Part shown: positions 54,212 through 63,396 of the stretch, piece after piece
How the letters are laid out: each line of letters opens with the position of its first letter
Numbering within the stretch: position 1 is the stretch's first letter
Source of the DNA: an uncultured Actinomycetes bacterium
Lineage (GTDB): Bacteria; Actinomycetota; UBA4738; HRBIN12
DNA: 64,000 nucleotides
Direction of reading: 5' to 3'
Assembly (NCBI GenBank): GCA_963727185.1
Contig: CAVSFP010000016.1
Location: forward strand, 16,032 to 80,031
The notes under the pieces: generated by a model
What the model was told of the DNA's origin: nothing
Databases searched by the model: none
What the model saw: the letters and a program-made list of their open reading frames with translations, nothing else
Position numbers and translations under genes: made by a program

Positions 54212-54423
54212 TCTCTGGACCCGGGCGACGCACATCGTGCGGACGGTAGATCCTCCAACGGGCGGCATCGTGGCCTTCATTCGGCATCGGATCCTCGGAT
54301 CGGTTGTCCGCTCGCACCTTCAGAAGAACATGGATGCGTTGAAGCTCGAATGGAAACGACGACCCCCTGCTCCTGACGGTGTGGTCCGGAGTTGGTCTGA
54401 AGCCATGTGGCCTTCTGTCAGAC

Positions 54424-55222
54424 TCAGCGTTCCTCACGAGGGAAGACGTCCGCGACGGGTCCTTTGGTGGATGCGAGCCGTCCGACCTCCCGGAAGCCGA
54501 GTCGTTCGTACATCCGGACAACCGCGTACGCCTCTGGTTCCGCGAACAGGCTCACGTGCCGGGCGCCGGCCTCGCGAGCCAGCTCGACCGCTCGGGATAC
54601 GACGGCCGTCGCCAGTCCGCGGCCCCGCGCGTCGGGGAACGTGGCGACGTTGTCCAGGTAGCCGACACCCTCCAGTTGCACCAGCGCCGCGAGCGCCGCG
54701 ATCACGCCCTCGTCGTCGCGGACGCCGAGCCACCGCTTGTGCCCGCCGGAGAACGTCTCCTGTTCGATGCTCCGAGCTGCTGCGACAACGGTCGGATCGT
54801 TGCCGAACAACGCGAGCGATTCCTCGACGCGCGACCACAGTTCGTCTCCGGGTTCCAGCGGCTCGACATGCACAGCGGCCGGGCGGACGCCGGGGTCCTC
54901 CGTCAGGTCCATCACCAGGTCCCAGGACAACGTGTGTCCGAGCGTGGAGAGCTCGACGAGGAGCTCGGTCGTGTCCTCGGGGAAGAACACCACCACGTGG
55001 AACATGTCCGTCCCGACCTCGGCGAGCGCCGGCAGCAATGCGTCGGCGACCTCTGCGAGCGTGAGATCGGGCGCCGGAACGTCGACCCGCGCGTAGTTGA
55101 AATCCCAGATCGCGGGGTACCGCGCCTCGGTCACGACCGCGCCCCACCACGTCGGCATGCGTGTGGAAATGACGTTCGTCGAGCGCCTTCCAGAACCGAT
55201 GGATGTGCTCGGGGATGGGCAT
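54424..55222 (-). CDS. GNAT acetyltransferase (frameshift near 55170)
   Basis: NVATFPDARGRGLA, YERLGF. Confidence 0.8.
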
Positions 55223-55264
55223 GAGAGGGCGAGTGTAGACGAGCCATCGGCTACGCTCGGCCCG

Positions 55265-56251
55265 ATGATCACGTGCAAGGTGTTCGTGGACGGCAGGCCG
55301 TCGGACGAGCGTGTGGAGCCGTCGGACGTGGGCGACGTGCTCGCGCGGGACGACGCGTTCGTCTGGCTCGATTCGCTCGACCCGACCGACGACGATCTGG
55401 CCGTGCTGCAGAAGGTGTTCGACCTGCATCCGCTGACGATCGAGGACGTGAAGCACCGTCATCAACGACCGAAGGTCGAGATCTACCAGGACTACGCGTT
55501 CGTCGTGCTGCGTCCGGTCGAGCTGACCGACGACGGCATGATCGAGAAGGAGCTGCACGCGTTCGTCGGGCGTCGCTTCATCGTGACCCTGCGGCCGTCG
55601 CCGGCGTGCGACATGATCGAGATCGCGAACCGGTGGGAGCGACAACCCGAGCTGTTCCGTGAGGGTGGCGGCTACGCGATCTACGTGCTGATCGACGAGG
55701 TGGTCGACGACTACCTGACGGCGGTGGAGCGGTTCGAGGACGACGTCGACGAGCTGGAGGACGCGATCTTCGCCGACGGTGAGAAGCGCGACCGCGGGGC
55801 CGTCAACGAGGGCGACCTCCAACAACAGCTCTTCCAGGTGAAGCGGGAGGTCGTGCGTCTCCGTCGGTTCGCGATGCCGGTCCGTCAGGGCCTGGACCTG
55901 ATCCAGGAGCGTCCGGAGATCGCCTCGCCGCCACTCGGTCCGTACTTCCGCGACGTGATGGATCACGTCATCCGCGTGGTCGAGCTGTCCGACAACATCC
56001 GCGACCTCTTGACGTCCCTGCTGGAGGTTCGCGTCGCCCAGGCCGCCAACCGCCTGAACGACATCATGAAGCGGGTCACGTCGTGGGGAGCCGTGATCCT
56101 GGTCCCCACCATGGTCGCGGGCATCTACGGCATGAACTTCCGCCACATGCCCGAGCTCGGATGGCGCTACGGCTACCCGGCGGCGCTGATCGGCATGTTC
56201 GCGGCCGCAGCCGGCGTCTGGTGGTTCTTCCGGCGGAAGGACTGGCTGTAG
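55265..56251 (+). CDS. corA: Mg/Co transporter CorA
   Basis: LHPLTIED, QRPK.E, YFRDV.DH, GIYGMNF..MPEL.W. Confidence 0.93.
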   Translation: MITCKVFVDGRPSDERVEPSDVGDVLARDDAFVWLDSLDPTDDDLAVLQKVFDLHPLTIEDVKHRHQRPKVEIYQDYAFVVLRPVELTDDGMIEKELHAFVGRRFIVTLRPSPACDMIEIANRWERQPELFREGGGYAIYVLIDEVVDDYLTAVERFEDDVDELEDAIFADGEKRDRGAVNEGDLQQQLFQVKREVVRLRRFAMPVRQGLDLIQERPEIASPPLGPYFRDVMDHVIRVVELSDNIRDLLTSLLEVRVAQAANRLNDIMKRVTSWGAVILVPTMVAGIYGMNFRHMPELGWRYGYPAALIGMFAAAAGVWWFFRRKDWL

Positions 56252-56266
56252 CCAATGTGCCGCGCG

Positions 56267-56591
56267 ATGAAGGTGCTCTGCGTCGCCACCGACCCTGCGT
56301 CGCTGACGGAGCTGAAGAAGGCGGCCGTCTCGGCCGGATGGGAGCTCGCTCGCCGGAGCCACGGATGAATCGGGCGCCATCGGACAGATCGACTCCGAGC
56401 GACCCCACGTCCTGGTCGCGTTCGGCCCCTACGAACGACTCGTCGCTCTGGTCAGCGAGCGGTTCCCGGGGATGCGGGTCATCACCGACCGGGACGCGCC
56501 CGGGGCCACGGAGGTGGCCACCTCGCTCGACGAGGTCCGGGGGCTGATCAAGGGGAGCCCCCGTCCGGGCGGTCCCGTACGCCGAACCTGA
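56267..56591 (+). CDS. Small degenerate receiver-like protein (frameshift near 56350)
   Basis: MKVLCVATD..L..AAVSAGWE..RPHVLV..FPGMRVI; alpha/beta pattern; not in the ORF track. Confidence 0.55.
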
Positions 56592-56614
56592 TCGGTTCGG
56601 TCATCTCCTGACGA

Positions 56615-57049
56615 CTACGTCCAGGCGCCCCATCCCTCCTGTTGGACCATACGCATGGTGACGATGATGTTCGCGCGAGCATTGAACGCCGACCATCCGG
56701 AGAAGCCGTAGGCGGCCGCCCGCCCGGGCCAGTACGTCAGCATGTGTTGGTAGATGCCGGCGCATCCCGAGGGGTTGTAGGCGTCCGGTCGGAACTGTGA
56801 CTCGCGATCCGCGATCGCGAGCGCCGTGCTCGGCCCGCCGGGAACGTGCCAATGGTCGGCGGCGCATCGGATCAACTGCTTGATCTGGAACGTTCCCACG
56901 TGCCAGTCGTAGTTGCAGATCTTCGCTGATGCCTCGTGCCGGATCTCGGGGGTCGTCGCCTGGGAGATCGTGGCGGGAACCACCGTGAGGATCGCGGCGA
57001 TGGAAAGCGCGGCCACGGCGTGGCGGCGCACGGTTGCGATATGTGTCAT
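56615..57049 (-). CDS. Secreted lytic transglycosylase (SLT/Rpf-like)
   Basis: Signal peptide; IADRES (catalytic Glu), AYNPSG.AGIYQ, GWGAW. Confidence 0.85.
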   Translation of the reverse strand: MTHIATVRRHAVAALSIAAILTVVPATISQATTPEIRHEASAKICNYDWHVGTFQIKQLIRCAADHWHVPGGPSTALAIADRESQFRPDAYNPSGCAGIYQHMLTYWPGRAAAYGFSGWSAFNARANIIVTMRMVQQEGWGAWT

Positions 57050-57425
57050 ACGTTGATCACCCCCGCGGTGACCCGGAGCTGGCTGCTCCGCCTCTTGCGA
57101 CCGGACGGCTACGGACTCCGCCGGAGCCGGTCGACCCGCGGTAGGTCGTGGGTGCCTGCATCACCTCCTGTTGTCGATGGCCTCTGTGTGACCTATCACC
57201 CGCATCCGTCCGGCCGTCCCAGCTCCCCATGCGCGCAGGCAAGCGCCGACCGACCCTGGGAAGGTGGTGGCGCATTCGCGTGCAGGGGAAGGAACGAACG
57301 ACCGTCCGTCGCGGACCGGCCAACCCTAGACAACAACTTCAGGAACTGACAAGTCGAGTGTGACCGGAGGTCACAACCCGGGGGTGAGGCCGGGACTCGC
57401 GTCGCGTCCCGGCTACCATGGACGG

Positions 57426-58376
57426 GTGAGCGGAAAAGTCCTGCTGGCATCACCACGGGGATACTGCGCCGGAGTCGATCGCGCCGTCGACGCGGTCGAG
57501 CGCGCGCTGGCGAAACACGGCGCGCCCGTCTACGTCCGCAAACAGATCGTGCACAACCTCCACGTCGTCCACGACCTCGAGTCGAAAGGAGCCGTGTTCG
57601 TCGAAGAGGAGACGGAGGTGCCCGAAGGGGCGGTCGTCGTCCTGTCCGCGCACGGCGTGGCTCCGGACGTCTACTCGAACTCGAGGGTTCGGAACTTAGA
57701 GGTGATCGACGCGACGTGCCCCCTCGTCACCAAGGTTCACATGGAGGCTCGGCGTTTCGCCCAGGATGGCCGGACCATCGTGCTGATCGGACACGCCGGG
57801 CACGAGGAGGTCGTGGGCACGACCGGTCAGGCGCCCGACCGGACGATCCTGGTCCAGAGTCCCGACGAGGCGCGGACGGTGCTGGTCGACGATCCGGACA
57901 ACCTCTCCTACCTCACGCAGACCACGCTGTCGGTCGACGAGACCAACCAGATCCTGGACATCCTCCGGGAGCGGTTCCCCCGGATCGAAGGACCGCCCCG
58001 CGAGGACATCTGTTACGCGACGACGAACCGCCAGGATGCGGTCAAGGCGCTCGCGCCGCGGGTCGACGTGCTGCTCGTGATCGGCTCCAAGAACTCGTCG
58101 AACTCGAACCGCTTGGCGGAGGTCAGTCAAGAGAGGGGCACGCCGGCGTACCTCGTCGACGACGAGACGCACGTGGACCCGGCATGGCTCGCCGGAGCGG
58201 AGACGGTGGGCCTGACCTCCGGCGCGTCGGCGCCCGAGTGGCTGGTCGACCGGATGCTGGCGTTCCTGGCCTCGAACGGGTTCGACGAGGTTGAGGTGGT
58301 GACGCTCGCCGAGGAACGCGTGCGTTTCTCGCTCCCCGCAGGTGTGCGCGACCTCCCGTTGACCGACGCCGGCTAG
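57426..58376 (+). CDS. ispH: 4-hydroxy-3-methylbut-2-enyl diphosphate reductase
   Basis: PRGYCAGV, IVHN, SAHG, DATCPLV, QTT, DICYAT.NRQ, SSNS. Confidence 0.97.
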   Translation: MSGKVLLASPRGYCAGVDRAVDAVERALAKHGAPVYVRKQIVHNLHVVHDLESKGAVFVEEETEVPEGAVVVLSAHGVAPDVYSNSRVRNLEVIDATCPLVTKVHMEARRFAQDGRTIVLIGHAGHEEVVGTTGQAPDRTILVQSPDEARTVLVDDPDNLSYLTQTTLSVDETNQILDILRERFPRIEGPPREDICYATTNRQDAVKALAPRVDVLLVIGSKNSSNSNRLAEVSQERGTPAYLVDDETHVDPAWLAGAETVGLTSGASAPEWLVDRMLAFLASNGFDEVEVVTLAEERVRFSLPAGVRDLPLTDAG

Positions 58377-58924
58377 GTCCAGGCGGAGAACTGATCCCGG
58401 TCTTCTTCGGGCTCCTCGTACGCGATCGATACCAGCGTGCTCGTCTCGGTCACGCCTGGCAACTGGTGGATCTCATCCAGGACCACGCCGCTCGCGACCT
58501 CCCACGGCTGTGCGACGCAGATCATCAGATCCCACTCGCCTCCGAGGACCGCCACTCCTGCCACGTCGTGCATCTCCGAGATCCGCTCGACCAGGCCCGC
58601 CGCCGCACCCGGTTGCGCCTTCACGTGGACGTAACAGGCACCGGCGACGATCGGCGGCGGCTGGACGTTGCCGAACCCCGCGATCCCAACCCGGTCCGGC
58701 GGGACGACCGGAGCGGTCAGCGTTCTCACGACGCCGTCCACGCCGTGGAGTTGGCCGAGCACGGTGGTGGCGATCTGGTCGAGATCCGCGCCCTCCACCT
58801 GCACCAACACGTCCCACGCACCGACGACGACGAGCGCGCGCTTCAGGCCGGCACGTCCGGCGAGCTGCGTGAGGACGGAGGGAACCTTGCCGGGCGCGAC
58901 GTGCAGGTAGACGTAGGCATCCAT
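58373..58924 (-). CDS. Tandem Lrp/AsnC ligand-binding (RAM) domain protein without HTH
   Basis: Two repeats: AYVYL..G..GAWDV..GV.RT and CYVHV..GEWDL..GV.ET. Confidence 0.8.
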   Translation of the reverse strand: MDAYVYLHVAPGKVPSVLTQLAGRAGLKRALVVVGAWDVLVQVEGADLDQIATTVLGQLHGVDGVVRTLTAPVVPPDRVGIAGFGNVQPPPIVAGACYVHVKAQPGAAAGLVERISEMHDVAGVAVLGGEWDLMICVAQPWEVASGVVLDEIHQLPGVTETSTLVSIAYEEPEEDRDQFSAWT

Positions 58925-58926
58925 CG

Positions 58927-60123
58927 CTAACCCTCCACCCCGACCGGATGACCCGCGCTGCAGAGCTCGAGCAACTCGTCCTCCCCCTCTTCCGGACCCA
59001 CAGAGATCAGCCGGTCCCCGGCCTTCAACACGAACCCCGCCCGCGGACGGTAGGTCCAACGCGATCCGCGTTGGACCGCCAGGACGAACATGCCCGTTTC
59101 CGTCTCCACGCGCAGGTCCCGCAGGGACGTCCCGTCCGCGTTCGAACCGTCCTCGACGATGGTTTCAGCGAACGTCTCCTCCGTTTCCTCCAACGCCATC
59201 TGCACGACCGGGTGCAGCGGCTCACCGTGTTCGACGTACCACGTCATGTCTCGCGCGGAGTCGCAGACGTACTCGCTCGCGCTCGCAAGGCGGAGGAGGC
59301 CGCGAAGCTCGTCGGGGTTGCGCGCCTCGGGCGCCGCGCGGAGCACCCACGACTCCAACTCGTCGTGGAGGATGTCGCTCCGCGCTTCCATCGCGCCGAC
59401 CTCGGCCGCGAGCGACTTGTTGTTGAAGAGCAGCGAGGAGTACGCCAGGCCCACCGCCGCCTCCGCGAGGTCCTTGAGCTCCACCAGGATGTCGACCGCG
59501 CGATCGAGCTCGGAGAGCGCGGGGACGTCGTCCCCTTGGAACTCGGGAAGGGGCGCCGCACCGGCGAGCTCGCGCACCAGGTTCACGCCCTCCTCCGGTC
59601 CGCGGACCAAGAGGACGTCGTGCTCGCTCACCACGTCGTCCGGCCCCGGGTCGAACCGCCAATCCATGCCGCTGCGGATGGCCATCACCCACATCCCCGT
59701 TTCCGTGGGGAGGGAGAGGTCACGGAGCGTCCGTCCGGCGCCCGGGGCGTCCGAGCGGATCTTCACGCGCGCGGTCATCTCGTCGGCATGACGGAGGTCC
59801 TGGCGGAGCGCGTCGGGGATGCCGAGCCGCGCCGCCACCACCCGCGCGATGTCGGATGCGGCGTCGCCGATCCGTTCGATCGCGTCGGCGATCCACAACA
59901 CGCCGGCCATGCCCTCGGCGTCTTCCGGGCTGCGCGCGGCGAGCATCGCCATGATGCGGAGGCGCCGCAGGTGTCCGTTCATCCGCTCTTCCAGGCGTCC
60001 GACCTCTCGGGCCAGCTTCTCTTCGTTGAAGAACACGGCCGCGTACGCGAGGTCGACCATGAGCTCGGAGGCGTCCTTCAGCTCGACGAGGAGCTCTTTG
60101 ACGTTCCTGGGTTCGTTATCCAT
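58927..60123 (-). CDS. Duplicated PhoU-like plus TrkA-C (RCK_C) protein (COG3273-like)
   Basis: ELKD.SELMVDLAY twice, E.IGDAA.DIA, L.L.TETGM.V.AI twice. Confidence 0.85.
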   Translation of the reverse strand: MDNEPRNVKELLVELKDASELMVDLAYAAVFFNEEKLAREVGRLEERMNGHLRRLRIMAMLAARSPEDAEGMAGVLWIADAIERIGDAASDIARVVAARLGIPDALRQDLRHADEMTARVKIRSDAPGAGRTLRDLSLPTETGMWVMAIRSGMDWRFDPGPDDVVSEHDVLLVRGPEEGVNLVRELAGAAPLPEFQGDDVPALSELDRAVDILVELKDLAEAAVGLAYSSLLFNNKSLAAEVGAMEARSDILHDELESWVLRAAPEARNPDELRGLLRLASASEYVCDSARDMTWYVEHGEPLHPVVQMALEETEETFAETIVEDGSNADGTSLRDLRVETETGMFVLAVQRGSRWTYRPRAGFVLKAGDRLISVGPEEGEDELLELCSAGHPVGVEG

Positions 60124-61354
60124 GTGCGGTCACGCCGAGGAGAAGGATAACCAGGACGAGACAGAGCGTGCCAGCGAGATCCATGACGGCCGAGGTGATC
60201 GGGATGCTGTGGTTATCGGGATCCCAGCCGAAACGGAACGTCGCGATGGCGCTGAAGTAGGCGACCATCGATGAGATGACGGTTGCCATGAAGCCGGCGA
60301 GCATGCTGATCTCGATCATCACCAGGAAGCCGGGCGTCTTCAGACCGGTCACGACGGCAACGAGGTTCGCCGAGAATCCGACCAGGAAGAAGACCGATGT
60401 GGCGAACACGAAATTGATCGTGATATCGATCCACGCGAGCCGTTGAGGGATGGGCCGGGGATCGATGAGACCCAAGTGGAGCTTGGAGCCCAGCCTGGAG
60501 GACAGGATGCCCGCCAGGGCGTTCGAATCCTCCAGGAAGGGAGGTACGAGGATCAGCAGCGCCGGGAGCGCGAGGAACCGCTCCAGCCGGACCTCGACGA
60601 GTGTCCCGGCGAAGAGGTCGATCACCCCTGCGACGAACAGGACGACCATCGACTCCCGCACGATCCGCCGCACGACGGGGTGATGGCTCCTGAGTCCGTG
60701 GATCGTCTCGAGGAGGCAGAAGGCGCCGGTCACGGCTGCGACCATCGGCGTCGCACCCTCGAACCGCTGGACGAAGATCGCCGCCAGCCACAGCGCCGGC
60801 AGCGTCGCGATGTCGCCGATGGCGGTGACCAGGGGCGCCGAAACGGAGTCGAGGTCCCATCGGCGACGGTGAGACAGCAAGGCGATCCCCAGCGAAGCGC
60901 TCCCGACGACCACAGATCCGAGCAGGCCGCCGATGATCGAGATCGTGATGAAGTCGGCGATCGAAAGCGTCTCAACGGTGAAGGCGGACGCGACGGCGTG
61001 CGCGGCAGGGCCGAGGAACAAACACGTCGCGAGCGTGAGGTACCAGCTGCCGAGCGCGTTCTGTCCCAAGAAGCCATCACGGCTGAGGTTCGGCTCGAAC
61101 TGCCCGGCATTGATGCCGGTCCCGAGGCGAGATCCGAGTGCACCGAAGATGTTGCCCCGCATCCCGATCGCAGCGGGGATGAGGACGATCAGTCCGGGCA
61201 GCTCCCGGAGCTGCTTGTCCATGAAGCTGAGCGCCAGCCCGGCGAGAAGGTCGCCACCGGATGAGATGAACAACGCAACGAACCCCTGCGTGAGCGTCCG
61301 CCGCTCCGAGCGGATGAATCGCGCGACACTTCGAGCTCCGCGAGGCAGAGGCAT
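60116..61354 (-). CDS. MgtE/SLC41-type transporter with two membrane domains (COG1824-like)
   Basis: P..IGMRGNIFGALGSRL, DLD...PLVT.IGD, SSRLGSKLHLG, DPDN..IP..MDL. Confidence 0.85.
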   Translation of the reverse strand: MPLPRGARSVARFIRSERRTLTQGFVALFISSGGDLLAGLALSFMDKQLRELPGLIVLIPAAIGMRGNIFGALGSRLGTGINAGQFEPNLSRDGFLGQNALGSWYLTLATCLFLGPAAHAVASAFTVETLSIADFITISIIGGLLGSVVVGSASLGIALLSHRRRWDLDSVSAPLVTAIGDIATLPALWLAAIFVQRFEGATPMVAAVTGAFCLLETIHGLRSHHPVVRRIVRESMVVLFVAGVIDLFAGTLVEVRLERFLALPALLILVPPFLEDSNALAGILSSRLGSKLHLGLIDPRPIPQRLAWIDITINFVFATSVFFLVGFSANLVAVVTGLKTPGFLVMIEISMLAGFMATVISSMVAYFSAIATFRFGWDPDNHSIPITSAVMDLAGTLCLVLVILLLGVTAHG

Positions 61355-61450
61355 AACGGCACCGTCATTCGTCGCTCGCTTTCGGCTATCGGCGCGGACC
61401 GGATGGCCCGAGGCAGTATGCCCCTCGTCACGGCTGGGGGACAACCCTTG

Positions 61451-62368
61451 TCAGGCGACCCAATCGCGGGTGACGAACAGCCAGAACGCGAGACCCGCGT
61501 GGTCGCCGTACCGAGCGAAGCGCCGCCGGATCTGCGCATCGCTCACGGTCTTCTTCCCGATCACCCGCGCGTACTTCGGACGGGTCCACGAATCGAGGAT
61601 CAATCGGGAGTTCCTGCCGATCGTCATCATGATGTGCGCGGCCGCGTACGGCCCCACGCCCGGGAGCGCCAACAAGCGCTGCTCGAGCTCAGCGTCGGGG
61701 AGCTCGTCGGGGGTGGCGGACGCCAGCGCCTCGAGGTCGAGTTCGCCGTCGGCGACCGACCGAGCGAGCGCACGCAGATACGCACCGCGGTACCCCGCGC
61801 GAGCCACGTCGCGATAGAACGTCTCGGGCGTGTCGGCCATCCGCTGCGGTGTGGGGAACGCGTTCGAAAGCGGCTCGCGGTCGCCGATCGCCGGATCCCC
61901 GAGGTGCTCCACGAGCGCGTCCACCATCCGCACCGTCGAGCTCCACGTGCAGTTCGTGGTGCAGACGGTCTTCACCACGTCTTCGAAGACCGACGGCCCC
62001 TGCAGCATCCGGCCCGCGCCCGCCGCGGCCCACGCGAGGTCGTGGTCGTGCGCGGCCTTCGCGTAGAAGTCCGACAGGTCGTCGTCGAGCCTGAGCACGT
62101 GGTGGACGCCTGCTGCGACGTCCTCCTGCACTCGAACACCCGCCGCGGGCCCGAGGATCTCGACCAGCGCATGTCGCGGTCGTCCCTCGCGGATGCGCAC
62201 ACGCCGGGGTCTGCCCCGTCGGATACGCAACGTGACTTCGAGCGTCCGCGCGTCTTCGTCGAGCCGGGTCGGCGCGAGCTCCGCGAACCCGTGGGAGTTC
62301 ATCGTGCGCCACAGGTCGACCGGTTCTCCGCCGGGGCCGTTGAGCGGCAGTTGCAGCTCGGTCGTCAC
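61451..62368 (-). CDS. HhH-GPD DNA glycosylase family (AlkA/Ogg-like)
   Basis: GAGRML, FEDVVKT.CTTN, FPTP, GYR, LLALPGVGPYAA. Confidence 0.85.
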   Translation of the reverse strand: MTTELQLPLNGPGGEPVDLWRTMNSHGFAELAPTRLDEDARTLEVTLRIRRGRPRRVRIREGRPRHALVEILGPAAGVRVQEDVAAGVHHVLRLDDDLSDFYAKAAHDHDLAWAAAGAGRMLQGPSVFEDVVKTVCTTNCTWSSTVRMVDALVEHLGDPAIGDREPLSNAFPTPQRMADTPETFYRDVARAGYRGAYLRALARSVADGELDLEALASATPDELPDAELEQRLLALPGVGPYAAAHIMMTIGRNSRLILDSWTRPKYARVIGKKTVSDAQIRRRFARYGDHAGLAFWLFVTRDWVA

Positions 62369-62961
62369 GTCGTCGTCGTGTGGCGCTGGCGGAACGCACG
62401 CACCTTGTTCCGGTTGCCGCACGTCTGCATCGAGCACCACTTGGCGGAATGGTTCTTGGATCGGTCGTAGAAGACCGTCGTGCAGGTCGGATCGGCGCAC
62501 AGTCGGAAGCGATGCCAGGATCCGTCGAGCTCGGCAAGGAACGCGACGCCGAGGAGGTGCCCTATCGCGCCGCGGACGCCGTCGACGGTGGGGACGAGGC
62601 AGGGCTCGTCGAACCGCGGTCGCAGGCCCGTCTCGGCCGCGGCGGCGTTCAGGCACCGGTCGGTATCGGCCCCCGGCGCGGCACCCATGTTCTGACGGAC
62701 CTTGTCGACGAGTGCATCGCGGATCGCCAGCGCCCAGGTGACATCCGCATCGGACACGACCGCGTCCCTCCCGATGAGCTCGGTGCTGCGGAGCCACCCC
62801 GCGATCGCGGGCGTACCGGACTCGAGCGTCGCCCCGTCGCTCGCTGCGTGATCGTGCAGGGACAGGAACCTGCGGACGAGCTCGAGCTCGCCCGGGGCAG
62901 GTGTTGAGTCCTCCCAGCCTCCGTGCGCCAGCTGCGGGACCCGCTCGTCCATGTCGCTCAT
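62365..62961 (-). CDS. ABATE/CGNR zinc finger protein
   Basis: C..PTC..FYDRSKN...WCSM.TCGNR.K. Confidence 0.92.
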   Translation of the reverse strand: MSDMDERVPQLAHGGWEDSTPAPGELELVRRFLSLHDHAASDGATLESGTPAIAGWLRSTELIGRDAVVSDADVTWALAIRDALVDKVRQNMGAAPGADTDRCLNAAAAETGLRPRFDEPCLVPTVDGVRGAIGHLLGVAFLAELDGSWHRFRLCADPTCTTVFYDRSKNHSAKWCSMQTCGNRNKVRAFRQRHTTTT

Positions 62962-63075
62962 CGTAGCTGCTGAAACTTCCGAGTTTCATTTGACCGGTTA
63001 CGCGGAGATCTGAGTGCCGCCCCCGGGACGGGAACGACCGGAAGGCCGTCACGGGTCCGTCCGTAGACTCGGACG

Positions 63076-63330
63076 GTGATCGACGTCACCGTTCGAGCGG
63101 CGGACCTGCTCGCGAAGGCCGACAGCGCGGCTCGACGCTTCAACCCGGACGCGCGCATCCGGGTCGTGCCCGACGGCGTCGGTGTTCGCTTCGTCCTTTC
63201 CGACGGTCCCGAGGAGGGTGACACGGTCGTCGAGCGCAACGGCATCACGTTCTTCGTCGACGCCACGCTCGATGGCGTCGTCGATGTCGAGGAGCCGCAC
63301 GACCGCCTGGTGCTGCGACCGAACCGCTGA
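63076..63330 (+). CDS. HesB/IscA-fold-like protein without cysteines
   Basis: MIDVT..A, PEEGD.VVE.NG..FFVD pattern. Confidence 0.6.
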   Translation: MIDVTVRAADLLAKADSAARRFNPDARIRVVPDGVGVRFVLSDGPEEGDTVVERNGITFFVDATLDGVVDVEEPHDRLVLRPNR

Positions 63331-63396
63331 CCTCGGGGCCACGATCGGCTCGGCCCGCTCCCGAGGGCGGCGATGGGTGACGACTAGACTGACCGC

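Noticed and set aside
57160-57400. ydaO/c-di-AMP riboswitch before the SLT gene
   Set aside because: Conserved GCTGAATCC and CCCGTCAGCTAAC-type segments not seen.
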